A DNA stretch of 64,000 bases, taken from Bacteroidaceae bacterium (lineage in GTDB: Bacteria > Bacteroidota > Bacteroidia > Bacteroidales > Bacteroidaceae). Shown here in pieces: positions 28,144 to 38,300 of the stretch. Both the position numbers and the translations under genes were made by a program. Numbering within the stretch: the stretch's first letter is position 1; every line of letters starts with the position of its first letter. Location: the NCBI GenBank assembly GCA_045600825.1, contig JAZRYP010000012.1:3321-67320 (forward strand). The letters run 5' to 3'. The notes under the pieces are model-generated. The model worked only from the letters and a program-made list of their open reading frames with translations. It ran no database searches and was not told the origin of the DNA.

Positions 28144-29391
28144 TTAGACAAACAGTTTCCTTATGTGACGGTACAATATATTCTCAATCACCTGCGCTCC
28201 GACTACATCACGATTCCTGTCCAATGCGGCATAATACTCATCGCCGTGTTCGGCGGCAAGCTTGTAGCTTACGTGTATCAGCTGTCTGAAATCGGGATTA
28301 TACGCAGAAGACAGTTTATTATGACGCAACACCTCTGCAAACTGGGAGCCGGTCCAGGAATTTATGACCTGTTCCGACGGCAGGCGCGAAGGGTTTATGT
28401 CTATGACCGTAGCGTACGGAGCGCACAGCTCGTCAATACGTCCGAGAGCCTCGACAGAAAGCCTTTTTGCCAAATTCAGGGCCTTCCCGTCCGACAATGC
28501 CAGTCCTATAATCTCCTCAAGCCACGTAGTTCCGGCGGTCTTGATGTGTATGCCCTTGTCATATTTGTCAATCAGGCTCCCCATAACAGGATAAATCGAA
28601 AACTTGTCGCTGCCGGAATGAATGCTGAGCTTCAGATTGTCGGGCAGTCCGAACTCACGTACAGCGAAATCAATGACCAGCAGGTCGGCCTCGAACTCCG
28701 CAGCAAAGCGGCTTACGTCACCGACATAATCGACGCCTTTGTTGAAACGTCCGGTAAATTTGGGAGCGATGGTCTGCACAGGAATACCCTCACCGGCAAT
28801 AGCTGAGAGTATGAAGAACATCTCAACGGGCGTCTGCGGCTCATTCACCTCGTCCATAGAGATTTCAGTCACGAAATTATCCGCGCCCTTCTTCTCCGCT
28901 ATATGTCTGTAGATGCGTCCGGCTTCACCCACTGCATACAGATAGCGTCCGGCTATCCCGCGCAATGTCTCCTCCGGCATATCAAACGGACGGTCAATGC
29001 CGGGTATCGCCAGTTTTCCCACATATTTGGCGTTTGCCTTGACAAATGCATCAATATCGCATTCCGGTGCCGGCTTGCCGATATAGTCAGCTACATCTAT
29101 CGTGAAGAAATCCGATGCATCCATAAAGCGATCGGCATTGTTCATATTGATATGATCGGCATCTACGAAATATGGTCTGTCATATCCAAGATTTCCAACA
29201 GCAGCATCTGCCTCTGCCCGCGTGTCGGCAGGCTCGGTCCCGACTATCTGATGTTCACGGTTAGACTTGTTCCACACAGGGACGAAACTCCTGCCAAATT
29301 CCCTCTCAGCACGCACAAGAGCCTCCAACTGCGACTCGCCTTCGTGAGAAAAGCGGTCACCTATACCAAATGAGTATTTACCTATTCTCAT
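28144..29391 (-). CDS. uxaE: Tagaturonate/fructuronate epimerase-like protein (UxaE family)
   Basis: DADHIN, LSIHSGSDKFSIYP, IKTAGTTWLEE and RQLIHVSYK match my memory of Thermotoga UxaE (SLHSGSDKFSVYP, VKTAGTSYLEA, RQLIHVTYG). The track ORF opens at a TTG (29409). The first ATG is at 29391. Confidence 0.6.
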   Translation of the reverse strand: MRIGKYSFGIGDRFSHEGESQLEALVRAEREFGRSFVPVWNKSNREHQIVGTEPADTRAEADAAVGNLGYDRPYFVDADHINMNNADRFMDASDFFTIDVADYIGKPAPECDIDAFVKANAKYVGKLAIPGIDRPFDMPEETLRGIAGRYLYAVGEAGRIYRHIAEKKGADNFVTEISMDEVNEPQTPVEMFFILSAIAGEGIPVQTIAPKFTGRFNKGVDYVGDVSRFAAEFEADLLVIDFAVREFGLPDNLKLSIHSGSDKFSIYPVMGSLIDKYDKGIHIKTAGTTWLEEIIGLALSDGKALNLAKRLSVEALGRIDELCAPYATVIDINPSRLPSEQVINSWTGSQFAEVLRHNKLSSAYNPDFRQLIHVSYKLAAEHGDEYYAALDRNRDVVGAQVIENILYRHIRKLFV

Positions 29392-29405
29392 ATATCCGAT
29401 TATTA

Positions 29406-30209
29406 TCAAAACTCATACAATTCCGAAGGAGTCGTCCTTTTCAAGGCTGTCAGTCCGACATCCTTGCCTGGTATTATCCCAACGCTTCTCAAGCTGAACT
29501 CAACAGCCTTATATGCAATTTCCGGATGGTTGTTCTCCCCGCTCAGATGACACAGCCATATATGCTTCATATTCTCTGTGATATTCTTCGCCAGAAACTC
29601 GGCAGTCTCCTTATTGCTGAGATGCCCGAGCCGGCTTGTTATCCTGTCTTTAAGGAATTGGGGATAATGTCCCATACGCAGCATATCCTCGTCGTAATTC
29701 GCCTCCATAATCAGGTAGTCGGCACGCACGATATACGAAGAGACCGTGTCCGTAATATGTCCCAAATCTGTCACAAAGCAGAAATGACGCCCATCAACCT
29801 CAATAAAATATCCCACGTTGTCCGTTCCGTCGTGAGGCACTTCAAACGCGGTTATCCTGAACGGACCGAGTTCCATAGGACTCTCCTTCTCTATGTATTT
29901 GGAAGATATTGCGCCAAGCTTCTCGCTCATACAATAGTTGTTGTTCACCCCCTCGTGTGTACGTCTGGTAGCGTATATAGGCAGCCAGAACTTATTGCCA
30001 AGCGTACCTAATGCCTTGATATGGTCGGCGTGGTCGTGCGTGACAAACACGGCCTTGACAGTGCTGAAAGGCACACCGACAGCACTTAAATGCTCACGTA
30101 TCTGACGTGCAGGTATTCCCGCATCAATCAGAATTCCCTCGTCGTCCGCTGCCAGATAATAGCAGTTTCCGCTGCTGCCGCTGGCCAGACTTATAAATCT
30201 CAGTCTCAT
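29406..30209 (-). CDS. MBL-fold metallo-hydrolase
   Basis: LASGSSGNCYYL and the metal motif THDHADH. 267 aa. Confidence 0.8.
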   Translation of the reverse strand: MRLRFISLASGSSGNCYYLAADDEGILIDAGIPARQIREHLSAVGVPFSTVKAVFVTHDHADHIKALGTLGNKFWLPIYATRRTHEGVNNNYCMSEKLGAISSKYIEKESPMELGPFRITAFEVPHDGTDNVGYFIEVDGRHFCFVTDLGHITDTVSSYIVRADYLIMEANYDEDMLRMGHYPQFLKDRITSRLGHLSNKETAEFLAKNITENMKHIWLCHLSGENNHPEIAYKAVEFSLRSVGIIPGKDVGLTALKRTTPSELYEF

Positions 30210-30250
30210 ATATATGTTTTTTTATTCCTTCCATATAAATATCCATGCTA

Positions 30251-32584
30251 TCAGAACGGGTAGCCTATCGCAAAATGTATGGCATAATCGCGATAATCCA
30301 CCTTGTTTACAAAAGGATAATGTTCCGGAGTCGAGCTGCTGTATGCCGGATTGATTATCTGCTTGCCATAATCAAGCCTCAACACCAGGAAATTGAAATC
30401 AAGCCTTATTCCGGCTCCGCACGACACGCCTATCTGATTATAGAAAGTATTGAACCTGAACATACCTCCGGGCTGCTCATCGTACTCCCTTATCGTCCAT
30501 ATATTGCCGGCATCTGCGAACAGGGCGGCATTGACCTTCCAGAACAGGTGGGCGCGGAACTCGAGTGTAGCCTCCAGCTTCACGTCACCCGACTGTCTGA
30601 CATAGTTCACAGCATCATCCTCACCACGATAAACGCCAGGGCCAAGTTCCCTGACTGCCCAGCCTCGTACACCGTTGGCACCACCGGAATAGAATCTCTT
30701 TTCGAACGGCACACTGGTTGAATTGGAATACGGATATGCGATGCCATATTCCGTATGGAACAGCAGATTGTTCCACTTGTCGATTCTCCAGTTCAGTGTA
30801 ATCTCGCCATCACTCCTGACATATTGGGCAAATGCCACTCCCAGGCATTTGTATTGTCCGTATTCATTTACATCGGCATCCGACATTCCGGATATCAGAT
30901 TCAGCACATTGCCCGATGTCTCGGCATTGAAACGCAGAGAGAGAGTCAACGGCTTGATAACTCTTGAGTTGGGATTTGCGCTTGAATAATAGAATGAATA
31001 TCCTATCCTGGACAGAAGCATATCCTCATAGTTGTACCTGAGAATCGAATACCTGCTGTCTATAGGATCAAGATACTCTTTTCTGAACTGATCGGATATC
31101 CAGGGAACTCTCAGGAAATTTATATCCAACACATCAACCTTATGTCTGTGCCTTCTCATACGCCAGATATAGCTCCAGCTGAAAGTAAACACCAGTTTAT
31201 TGAACTCCGGCCTGTTCTGCGAGTTGAGCATCAGGCTCAGTTCCGACGTTGCCTGACTGCGTCTCTGGAATTCCTGTCTGACAAACGGGAACATCAGTTT
31301 CGGGAAATCCAGTTTAGTTTCCAGTCCGTACTCCTGATAGCTGTTTCCCGAATATCCCGGCAGATTGTTTATAGCCTCAAATGCTCCGCGCAGAATCAGA
31401 GTGAACTGCTCCCCGCCGTGGAATATGTTCCTGTCTGTCAGGGACAGCAATGCCGCAACGCCAAGATCGCCTGCCGTATTCGTGCCCTCCAGTTCAGCAG
31501 AGAATGAATATTTTCTGTCAGGAGCGATGAACACGACAGCATCCAGAGAGTCATTTCTCTCATTCTCCACGAATCTGATATTTGAGAATCTGACGCTGCT
31601 CATATCCGACAGAGACGTATTGGTACGCGACACACGGCGGCTGTCATACCTGTCACCATTGCTTATGAATGAATGGTTTCTGATTATCTTCGGCTTCAGA
31701 CGCAGCTTTCCGTCACCCTTGTCTATGTAGTAATACGAATAGCCGTCAACCTCCTTCCGGGAATAGCGGCCAAGATCCTCGGACGCGTTCGAATTCTCCC
31801 CGAGGACATAGCTCACTGAATTCACATACCTTACAGGATACGGGACATCCTTTCCATCGTCGTCCTTTGCGTATGGCCGGACATACATAGTCAGATTGAC
31901 ATCGTATGATCCGCTGACAGTATCAGCAACAAACGATATGCAATCCTTATCGACTCCGTAATAGCCGTTCATCTGAAGGACTGATATTATCCTGTCTCTC
32001 TCGGAATCCAGCACTGATGCGTCAAACCACACTCCGGCCGACACAAGCGGAGCAGAGCCCTGCGCAGATGAGTACGCCAGCGAATCTATGGCCTTGTCCG
32101 GGATAACTCTTTCAAACGTGCCTATCCTGTATCTCTGTCCCGGATTGATCACATACGTAAGATCGGCCTTGGGCTTACGATGACGCACTATGCTCTTGCC
32201 GACCGACGCTTTAAGATATCCGGCATTGTTCAGATAGAGCCGCATATTATCGATGGAGCTTGCACACAGCATTGTATCCAGGATGACAGGCTCTTCGCCG
32301 ATACGCCGGAACAGATTTCTGTCAGACGGGTCCTCTCTTTTCTTTCCGGACAATGAATAGACCCTCAACGGTATTCTCAGCAGACCCAGCCATTTTGTGT
32401 TAGGTGTCTGATACGACAGCTTCCCATATTGCGACAGGTTGTCCAGACTGTTGTCTTCCGACTCGACGCTTACCTTATGAAGCAGATAATCGCCTTCCGG
32501 AACATATTTATACACCGAGCATGACGCAACCATACATATCGCTGCGGACATACACAGATATCTAAACAAATTCCGTTGCATCAT
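30251..32584 (-). CDS. BamA/TamA-family (Omp85, surface antigen D15) outer-membrane protein
   Basis: Signal-like MMQRNLFRYLCMSAAICMVASCS at the in-frame ATG 32584. POTRA-like N-terminal region. C-terminal beta-barrel ends in ..AIHFAIGYPF. The longer track ORF (to 32674) would cover the divergent promoter. Confidence 0.7.
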   Translation of the reverse strand: MMQRNLFRYLCMSAAICMVASCSVYKYVPEGDYLLHKVSVESEDNSLDNLSQYGKLSYQTPNTKWLGLLRIPLRVYSLSGKKREDPSDRNLFRRIGEEPVILDTMLCASSIDNMRLYLNNAGYLKASVGKSIVRHRKPKADLTYVINPGQRYRIGTFERVIPDKAIDSLAYSSAQGSAPLVSAGVWFDASVLDSERDRIISVLQMNGYYGVDKDCISFVADTVSGSYDVNLTMYVRPYAKDDDGKDVPYPVRYVNSVSYVLGENSNASEDLGRYSRKEVDGYSYYYIDKGDGKLRLKPKIIRNHSFISNGDRYDSRRVSRTNTSLSDMSSVRFSNIRFVENERNDSLDAVVFIAPDRKYSFSAELEGTNTAGDLGVAALLSLTDRNIFHGGEQFTLILRGAFEAINNLPGYSGNSYQEYGLETKLDFPKLMFPFVRQEFQRRSQATSELSLMLNSQNRPEFNKLVFTFSWSYIWRMRRHRHKVDVLDINFLRVPWISDQFRKEYLDPIDSRYSILRYNYEDMLLSRIGYSFYYSSANPNSRVIKPLTLSLRFNAETSGNVLNLISGMSDADVNEYGQYKCLGVAFAQYVRSDGEITLNWRIDKWNNLLFHTEYGIAYPYSNSTSVPFEKRFYSGGANGVRGWAVRELGPGVYRGEDDAVNYVRQSGDVKLEATLEFRAHLFWKVNAALFADAGNIWTIREYDEQPGGMFRFNTFYNQIGVSCGAGIRLDFNFLVLRLDYGKQIINPAYSSSTPEHYPFVNKVDYRDYAIHFAIGYPF

Positions 32585-32590
32585 AACTTG

Positions 32591-32598
32591 CAAAGTTA
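32591..32598 (-). promoter_or_regulatory. Candidate -7 box (TAACTTTG) for the Omp85-family gene
   Basis: The reverse complement of CAAAGTTA matches TAnnTTTG. It ends only 6 nt from the ATG at 32584, which implies a near-leaderless transcript or a downstream start. Confidence 0.3.
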
Positions 32599-32691
32599 AG
32601 AATCTGTTTTGAAATGTCACAATTAATCTTTTATAAAGTCTTTCCGGCTGAAAACCGGTGCTTTTTGCTTTCATTTATGCCGGTCAGGCAC

Positions 32692-32699
32692 TAACTTTG
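32692..32699 (+). promoter_or_regulatory. Candidate -7 box (TAACTTTG) for the TrmH-family gene
   Basis: Matches TAnnTTTG, 19 nt upstream of the ATG at 32719. A TTTG lies at 32664-32667 (24-nt spacer, longer than consensus). Confidence 0.35.
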
Positions 32700-32718
32700 C
32701 CGCAAATATCAAAGCCTT

Positions 32719-33471
32719 ATGCTAAGTGCCTCCAAGATCAAGCTGATACATTCACTTGCCCACAAGAAATACCGTCTTGAGAACGGATTGTTCCTGGCAG
32801 AGGGAGCAAAGCTCACAGAAGAGCTTACAGGTACATTCGAATGCGTCTTTCTGGCAGCCACAGAGGAATGGCTTTCCAAAAATCACCCCAAAGGAATAGA
32901 GCAGATACAGCCAGTCACTCAGGACGAGCTGCGTAAGGCGAGCCTGCTGCAGACACCGCACGATGTATTGGCATTATTCCGCATTCCCGACAACCCCTGC
33001 AATATGGATATCGCCGCCAATGAACTGTGTCTGGCACTGGACGGCGTACAGGATCCGGGAAATCTGGGTACTATAGTAAGACTCGCCGACTGGTTCGGAA
33101 TCAACCATATTTTCTGCTCACAGAGCACAGCCGACGTATTCAACCCCAAAGCAGTGCAGGCGACTATGGGCGCAATAGCCAGGGTACAGATGCATTACGT
33201 GGATTTATTCCAGGATCTCAGCCGCCTGGCCTGTGATATACCGACGTACGGTACTTTCATGGACGGTAGCAATATATACACGGAGCACCTGAGCCGGAAC
33301 GGAATCATAATTATGGGAAACGAAGGAAACGGAATCAGTGCAGGAATTGAAGGACTTGTACATCACCGCATAGGCATTCCAAGCTTTCCCGCAGGACGTC
33401 CCACATCGGAATCGCTCAATGTCGCGATGGCCACATCCATCATCCTTTCCGAATTCAGAAGAAGATTCTGA
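32719..33471 (+). CDS. TrmH/SpoU-family RNA 2'-O-methyltransferase
   Basis: SpoU motifs LDGVQDPGNLGTIVRLADWFG, IIMGNEGNGIS and ESLNVAMATSI. Confidence 0.8.
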   Translation: MLSASKIKLIHSLAHKKYRLENGLFLAEGAKLTEELTGTFECVFLAATEEWLSKNHPKGIEQIQPVTQDELRKASLLQTPHDVLALFRIPDNPCNMDIAANELCLALDGVQDPGNLGTIVRLADWFGINHIFCSQSTADVFNPKAVQATMGAIARVQMHYVDLFQDLSRLACDIPTYGTFMDGSNIYTEHLSRNGIIIMGNEGNGISAGIEGLVHHRIGIPSFPAGRPTSESLNVAMATSIILSEFRRRF

Positions 33472-33479
33472 GATTACAA

Positions 33480-34343
33480 TCAGTCAACAGTCAGAAGAGA
33501 ATCAACACTCTCATCAAGCGAGTCTGCAGCAACTGCCGGAATGGAATCCACGGTAATCCTGTGAACATCGGACGCGTGATAGCGCATAAGGGCAATGTCG
33601 TGCAGAACCATCAGAGACATATCGTCGCCCTCCTGATTCAGATACGTTATCGAGCCCATTACATTTTCAGGCAGGACGGCCTCATCGCTCTGCAATATCA
33701 GGCTGTACATACCATTCTCGCGGACAAGAGTATCAATAGACGATATGCTGTCCTTATACCCCAGAGAAAATGAGAGATATGCTCCCCTATCCGTTTTTGC
33801 AGATATCGTATCAGGGAAGATGTCATTGAAAATTATGCCGACCTTCCACTCCAGAGAATCAGCCTTATAGAATGTGGAATCCATATTGACAGAGAATGTC
33901 AGAGGATTCAGCAATGGTGCATCGGTCATTATGCGGTTGCGACCCAAGTACCACAAATCGACAGAATCGCCATTTTCCACCATTATGGATTTCTTCTCAA
34001 TCTTCTCCAGCCTTGACGCTATGGTCTTCTTCTCCCTTTCCGAACGCTCCGTAAGACTGACATAGATATCATACAGCTGATCAGGATGACGTGTGTACCA
34101 CAGCAGGGAGGCTTCATATTCATCCTGTGTAATGTTGTGGCGTTCAAATATATAATTGAGATACAGCTCCTGCTTGTATTTTTCGTCGTATTGCAGGTCG
34201 GTTCCTATGGCCTGTGCAAGATGGTAGTCATACAGGAAATCCGCAAACCTGCGTGGAGGTATCACGTCTTTTCTGTCACGGTTACCGCATCCCACGACAA
34301 ATGTGAAAGCCATCAACAGCAATATCAGCCGGCAGTGCGTCAT
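33480..34343 (-). CDS. DUF4296-like lipoprotein with C-terminal extension
   Basis: Lipobox FVVGCG. IPPRRFADFLYDYHLAQA resembles DUF4296. The start overlaps the lspA stop (ATGA). Confidence 0.5.
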   Translation of the reverse strand: MTHCRLILLLMAFTFVVGCGNRDRKDVIPPRRFADFLYDYHLAQAIGTDLQYDEKYKQELYLNYIFERHNITQDEYEASLLWYTRHPDQLYDIYVSLTERSEREKKTIASRLEKIEKKSIMVENGDSVDLWYLGRNRIMTDAPLLNPLTFSVNMDSTFYKADSLEWKVGIIFNDIFPDTISAKTDRGAYLSFSLGYKDSISSIDTLVRENGMYSLILQSDEAVLPENVMGSITYLNQEGDDMSLMVLHDIALMRYHASDVHRITVDSIPAVAADSLDESVDSLLTVD

Positions 34344-34990
34344 TCCACGTTCTCCGTTTTTCCTTTGCCAAGTTCCCCGTTAAGGCACTTCGCATAGAAC
34401 AGTATTATCGCTATCATTGCGCAGGTTATGCAGGAATCTGCGACATTGAATACAGGGCTGAAGAATATATTGCCTCCAATCAAAGGTATCCAGTCGGGCC
34501 ATGTCCATAACGGGAAATAGAACATATCCACTACCTTCCCGAAGAAGACAGGCGCGTATCCGTCGCCGAAAGTTACAAGAGATGCCACCCCGTCAGCGCC
34601 ATATCCGCTTTGAGAGAATATCTGACCGTAAATGATACAATCCACCAGATTGCCGGCTGCTCCGGCAATGACACAGGATACACAGACGATATAGCCTGTA
34701 GGGTAGCCGCCCTTATTGATTATCCTCACCAGGTACCATACGAAGAAGGCAATGGCAACAATACGGAAAAGCGACAGAAACAGCTTGCCGAATATCTCCA
34801 TTCCGAAAGCCATTCCGTTATTCTCGACAAAGAGTATATAGAACCAGTCGGTTATACGGATCTGCTCACCCAGGTACATATTGGACTTGACCAGATATTT
34901 CACAATCTGGTCTGCCAGCAGTATCAGGACAATAAGCAGCACGGCTATACGTCTCTGCCGCGATTTTTCTTCTGACGGAGAACCACTCAT
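34340..34990 (-). CDS. lspA: Lipoprotein signal peptidase (signal peptidase II)
   Basis: NNGMAFG and FNVADSCI catalytic-Asp motifs, four TM helices. Confidence 0.88.
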   Translation of the reverse strand: MSGSPSEEKSRQRRIAVLLIVLILLADQIVKYLVKSNMYLGEQIRITDWFYILFVENNGMAFGMEIFGKLFLSLFRIVAIAFFVWYLVRIINKGGYPTGYIVCVSCVIAGAAGNLVDCIIYGQIFSQSGYGADGVASLVTFGDGYAPVFFGKVVDMFYFPLWTWPDWIPLIGGNIFFSPVFNVADSCITCAMIAIILFYAKCLNGELGKGKTENVE

Positions 34991-35001
34991 AAAGTCATCC
35001 C

Positions 35002-35376
35002 TTACTTTTTCTGCTTTGCCTCAATGCACAATGTTGCATGAGGTACGGCGCGCAATCTGTCAGCAGGAATAAGCTTGCCTGTCTCGCGGCATATTCCGTA
35101 TGTCTTGTTCTCTATACGCACCAGAGCAGCCTGAAGAGACTGTATGAATTTCATCTGACGCTGTGCGAGACGTGTTGTCTCCTCCTTCGTGAGAGTATTC
35201 GCACCTTCCTCCAGCACCTTGTATGTAGGAGATGTGTCGTCAGTACTATTGTTGTCGGCATTCATAAGAGAAGCCTTCAAAGCATCATAGTCACGCTGCG
35301 CAACAGCCAGTTTCTCGTTTATGAGCTGACGGAACTCCTCAAGTTCCTCATCAGTGTAGCGTTTTTTCTCAGCCAT
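35002..35376 (-). CDS. DksA/TraR-family C4 zinc-finger protein
   Basis: 124 aa with a coiled-coil N-terminal region and a C-terminal YGICRETGKLIP..RL motif. It sits between ileS and lspA, a conserved position. Confidence 0.7.
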   Translation of the reverse strand: MAEKKRYTDEELEEFRQLINEKLAVAQRDYDALKASLMNADNNSTDDTSPTYKVLEEGANTLTKEETTRLAQRQMKFIQSLQAALVRIENKTYGICRETGKLIPADRLRAVPHATLCIEAKQKK

Positions 35377-35399
35377 AGCAGTAATTTTTAGATTAATAC

Positions 35400-38300
35400 T
35401 TAGTTTTGTCTCTCCACCTGAGCCTTCAGCGAATACTCGTCAAATGAGACATCCTCACCTTCGGACAGACCGGCGACAAGCTCAATCGAGTTGGCCAGCA
35501 CCTGTTCCTTAATCCAGTCCATATACTCAATGACAGCCTCATCCGTGGCTGTGGTCGATGACAGGCGCACGGCAATACGGTCTGTTATATCAAAGCCGGA
35601 TGCCTTGCGCATATCCTGAATTCTCTTCTTAAGTTCACGTGCTATACCCTCACGTACCAGCGCGTCTGTCAATGTGATATCCAAAGCAACTGTCACCGTT
35701 CCCTCGTTGGCGACAACCCATCCGGGAATGTCCTCGCTGAATATATCCACCTCCGAGGTATTCACCACGGCCTCCTGACCGTCTATGTTGAACGTAAACG
35801 AGCCGTCACGTTCCAGAGCGGCGATATCTTCCTGACTCATATTCTGCACGGCAGCCGACACGCTCTTCATAAGTGAGCCGAATTTTTTGCCGAGCAGTTT
35901 GAAGTTACACTTGACCTTCTTCACAAGTATTCCGGCCGTGCCCTCCACGAACTCGACCTCCTTGACATTCACCTCGCTCCTTATCAGTTCCTTGACCGGC
36001 TCCAGATTAGCCTTGACATCGGCAGTCACAGGAACGAGTATTTTCTGAAGCGGCTTGCGCACATTGACCCTGACATCATCGCGCTTACGCAACGCAAGCG
36101 TCATTGACGTGATTTTCTGAGCGAGTTCCATACGGGCCTCCAGAGCTTTGTCTATCATATTTTCATCACATTCCGGGAACATAGCCAGATGCACGGAATC
36201 GGACTTGACTCGTCCTGTCACTGCGTTCAGGTCGCGGAACAGACGGTCTGCATAGAACGGGGCAATAGGAGCCATCAGCAGGGAGATTGTCTCCAGACAA
36301 GTGTATAATGTCTGGTAAGCCGCAAGCTTGTCTGCGTTCATTGCACAGCCCCAGTAGCGGTCTTTGGTAAGACGTACATACCAGTTCGACAGGTAATCGT
36401 TCACAAAATCCGTAATCAGACGGCCGGCACGTGTAGGCTCATAATCGTCCAGACACTCGCGCACATTCCTTATCAGAGTGTTGAGCTCGCTGAGTATCCA
36501 GCGGTCCATCACAGGTCTGTCCGCCACAGGGATGACACTCTCCGAGAAATCGAAGCCATCCACATTGGCATACTGGGCAAAGAATCGGTATGTATTGTGA
36601 AGAGTGCCGAAGAACTTCCTCACGACATCCTTCACCCCTTCCTCGTCAAAACGGAGATTGTCCCAGGGCTGTGCATTGGTAATCATATACCAGCGGAGCG
36701 GGTCACTGCCGAACTTCTCAATCTCGCCGAACGGATCGACGGCATTGCCGAGACGCTTGCTCATCTTGTTGCCGTTCTTGTCAAGCACCAGTCCGTTGGA
36801 TATGACAGCCTTGAACGATACGGCATCGCGTACCATAGTGGCAATAGCGTGCAGGGTATAGAACCAGCCTCTCGTCTGATCCACGCCCTCTGCTATGAAA
36901 TCGGCAGGGAACACCTGTCCCTTATCGACAAGTTCCCTGTTCTCAAACGGATAATGCATCTGTGCAAACGGCATTGCGCCACTGTCAAACCAGACATCAA
37001 TCAGGTCGGTCTCGCGCTTCATCGGACGTCCGGCCTCAGACACCAGGACTATATCGTCAACATACGGACGATGCAGATCTATCTTCTCATAGTTCCCAGC
37101 CGTGTAGAGATCCGGTACGAAGCCCTTATCCTTGAACGGATTGGATTTCATAAGACCGGCCTTGACGGATTTCTCTATCTCGTCATACAGTTCATGAACG
37201 GAGCCTATGCAAATCTCATCACCATCATCGTTGCGCCATATAGGCAACGGTGTTCCCCAGTAGCGGCTGCGGCTGAGATTCCAGTCATTCAGGTTCTCAA
37301 GCCATTTGCCGAATCTTCCTGTACCGGTCGATTCCGGTTTCCACTTTATGGTCCTGTTCAGTTCAATCATTCTGTCACGTGCGGCAGATGCCTTGATGAA
37401 CCAGCTGTCCAGCGGATAATAGAGTACAGGCTTGTCGGTACGCCAGCAATGAGGATAGTTGTGTACGTGCTTCTCTATCTTGAAAGCTGTTCCGGCCTGC
37501 TTCATGCGCATACAGATGGCAATATTCAAATCCTCGGCCTTCGATGCCGCAGACTCATCGTATTTACCGCCCTCGTTGAACTTGGGGTCGTATGCGTTCT
37601 TCACGTATGCGCCTTCATACTCCTGATACAGGGACTTGTCAACGCATCTGTCAACGAAATCAGGATCAAGTTCATCCAGCATCCAGTATTTTCCCGTAAA
37701 ATCAACCATCGGACGGGTCTCCATCTTGCGGTTGACCATAAACAGCGACGGAATGCCGGCAGCCTTTGCCACAAACGCATCGTCAGCGCCGAATGTCGGA
37801 GCAATATGCACGATGCCTGTACCATCCTCCGTAGTGACATAGTCACCGGGGATTACGCGGAATCCGGCATCACTTATCTTTATCGAGCCGTCCTCGTCCT
37901 TATAGGTCGGCCTGACCCACGGGAAGAGCTGGGCGTAATGCATTCCAACCAGATCTGATCCCTTATAATTCGCGACAATACGGTACGGAATCACCTTATC
38001 GCCCTGAGCGTATTGCTCCATCGGCAGTTTCCCGCCCTCCGGATTCAGATACGCGGAGACACGCTCAGAAGCCATAATCACCGTCACAGGCTGACCTGAG
38101 TACGGATTATAGGTCTGTACTGCCACATAATCTATCTTATTGCCCACACAGAGGGCAGTATTTGACGGCAATGTCCACGGAGTCGTGGTCCAGGCAAGGA
38201 AGCACGGCGTACCCCACCCTGTCATCTCCGGCTTGGGATCGAGTATCCGGAACTGCGCCGTCACCGTTGTATCCTTGACATCGCGATAACATCCTGGCTG

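Noticed and set aside
36597-37958. Long antisense ORFs inside well-supported genes. Examples are the 453-aa ORF opposite ileS, 7043-7882 opposite the PaaK-like ligase, 22077-22856, 23226-24083 and 23924-24718 opposite kdgK/LarA-like/pdxB, 41620-42303 opposite the FtsE-like gene, and 28138-28806 and 29370-30011 opposite uxaE-like/MBL.
   Set aside because: Their translations have no recognisable motifs and show biased, low-complexity composition. They fully overlap genes with strong family signatures. They are best explained as shadow ORFs on the complementary strand.
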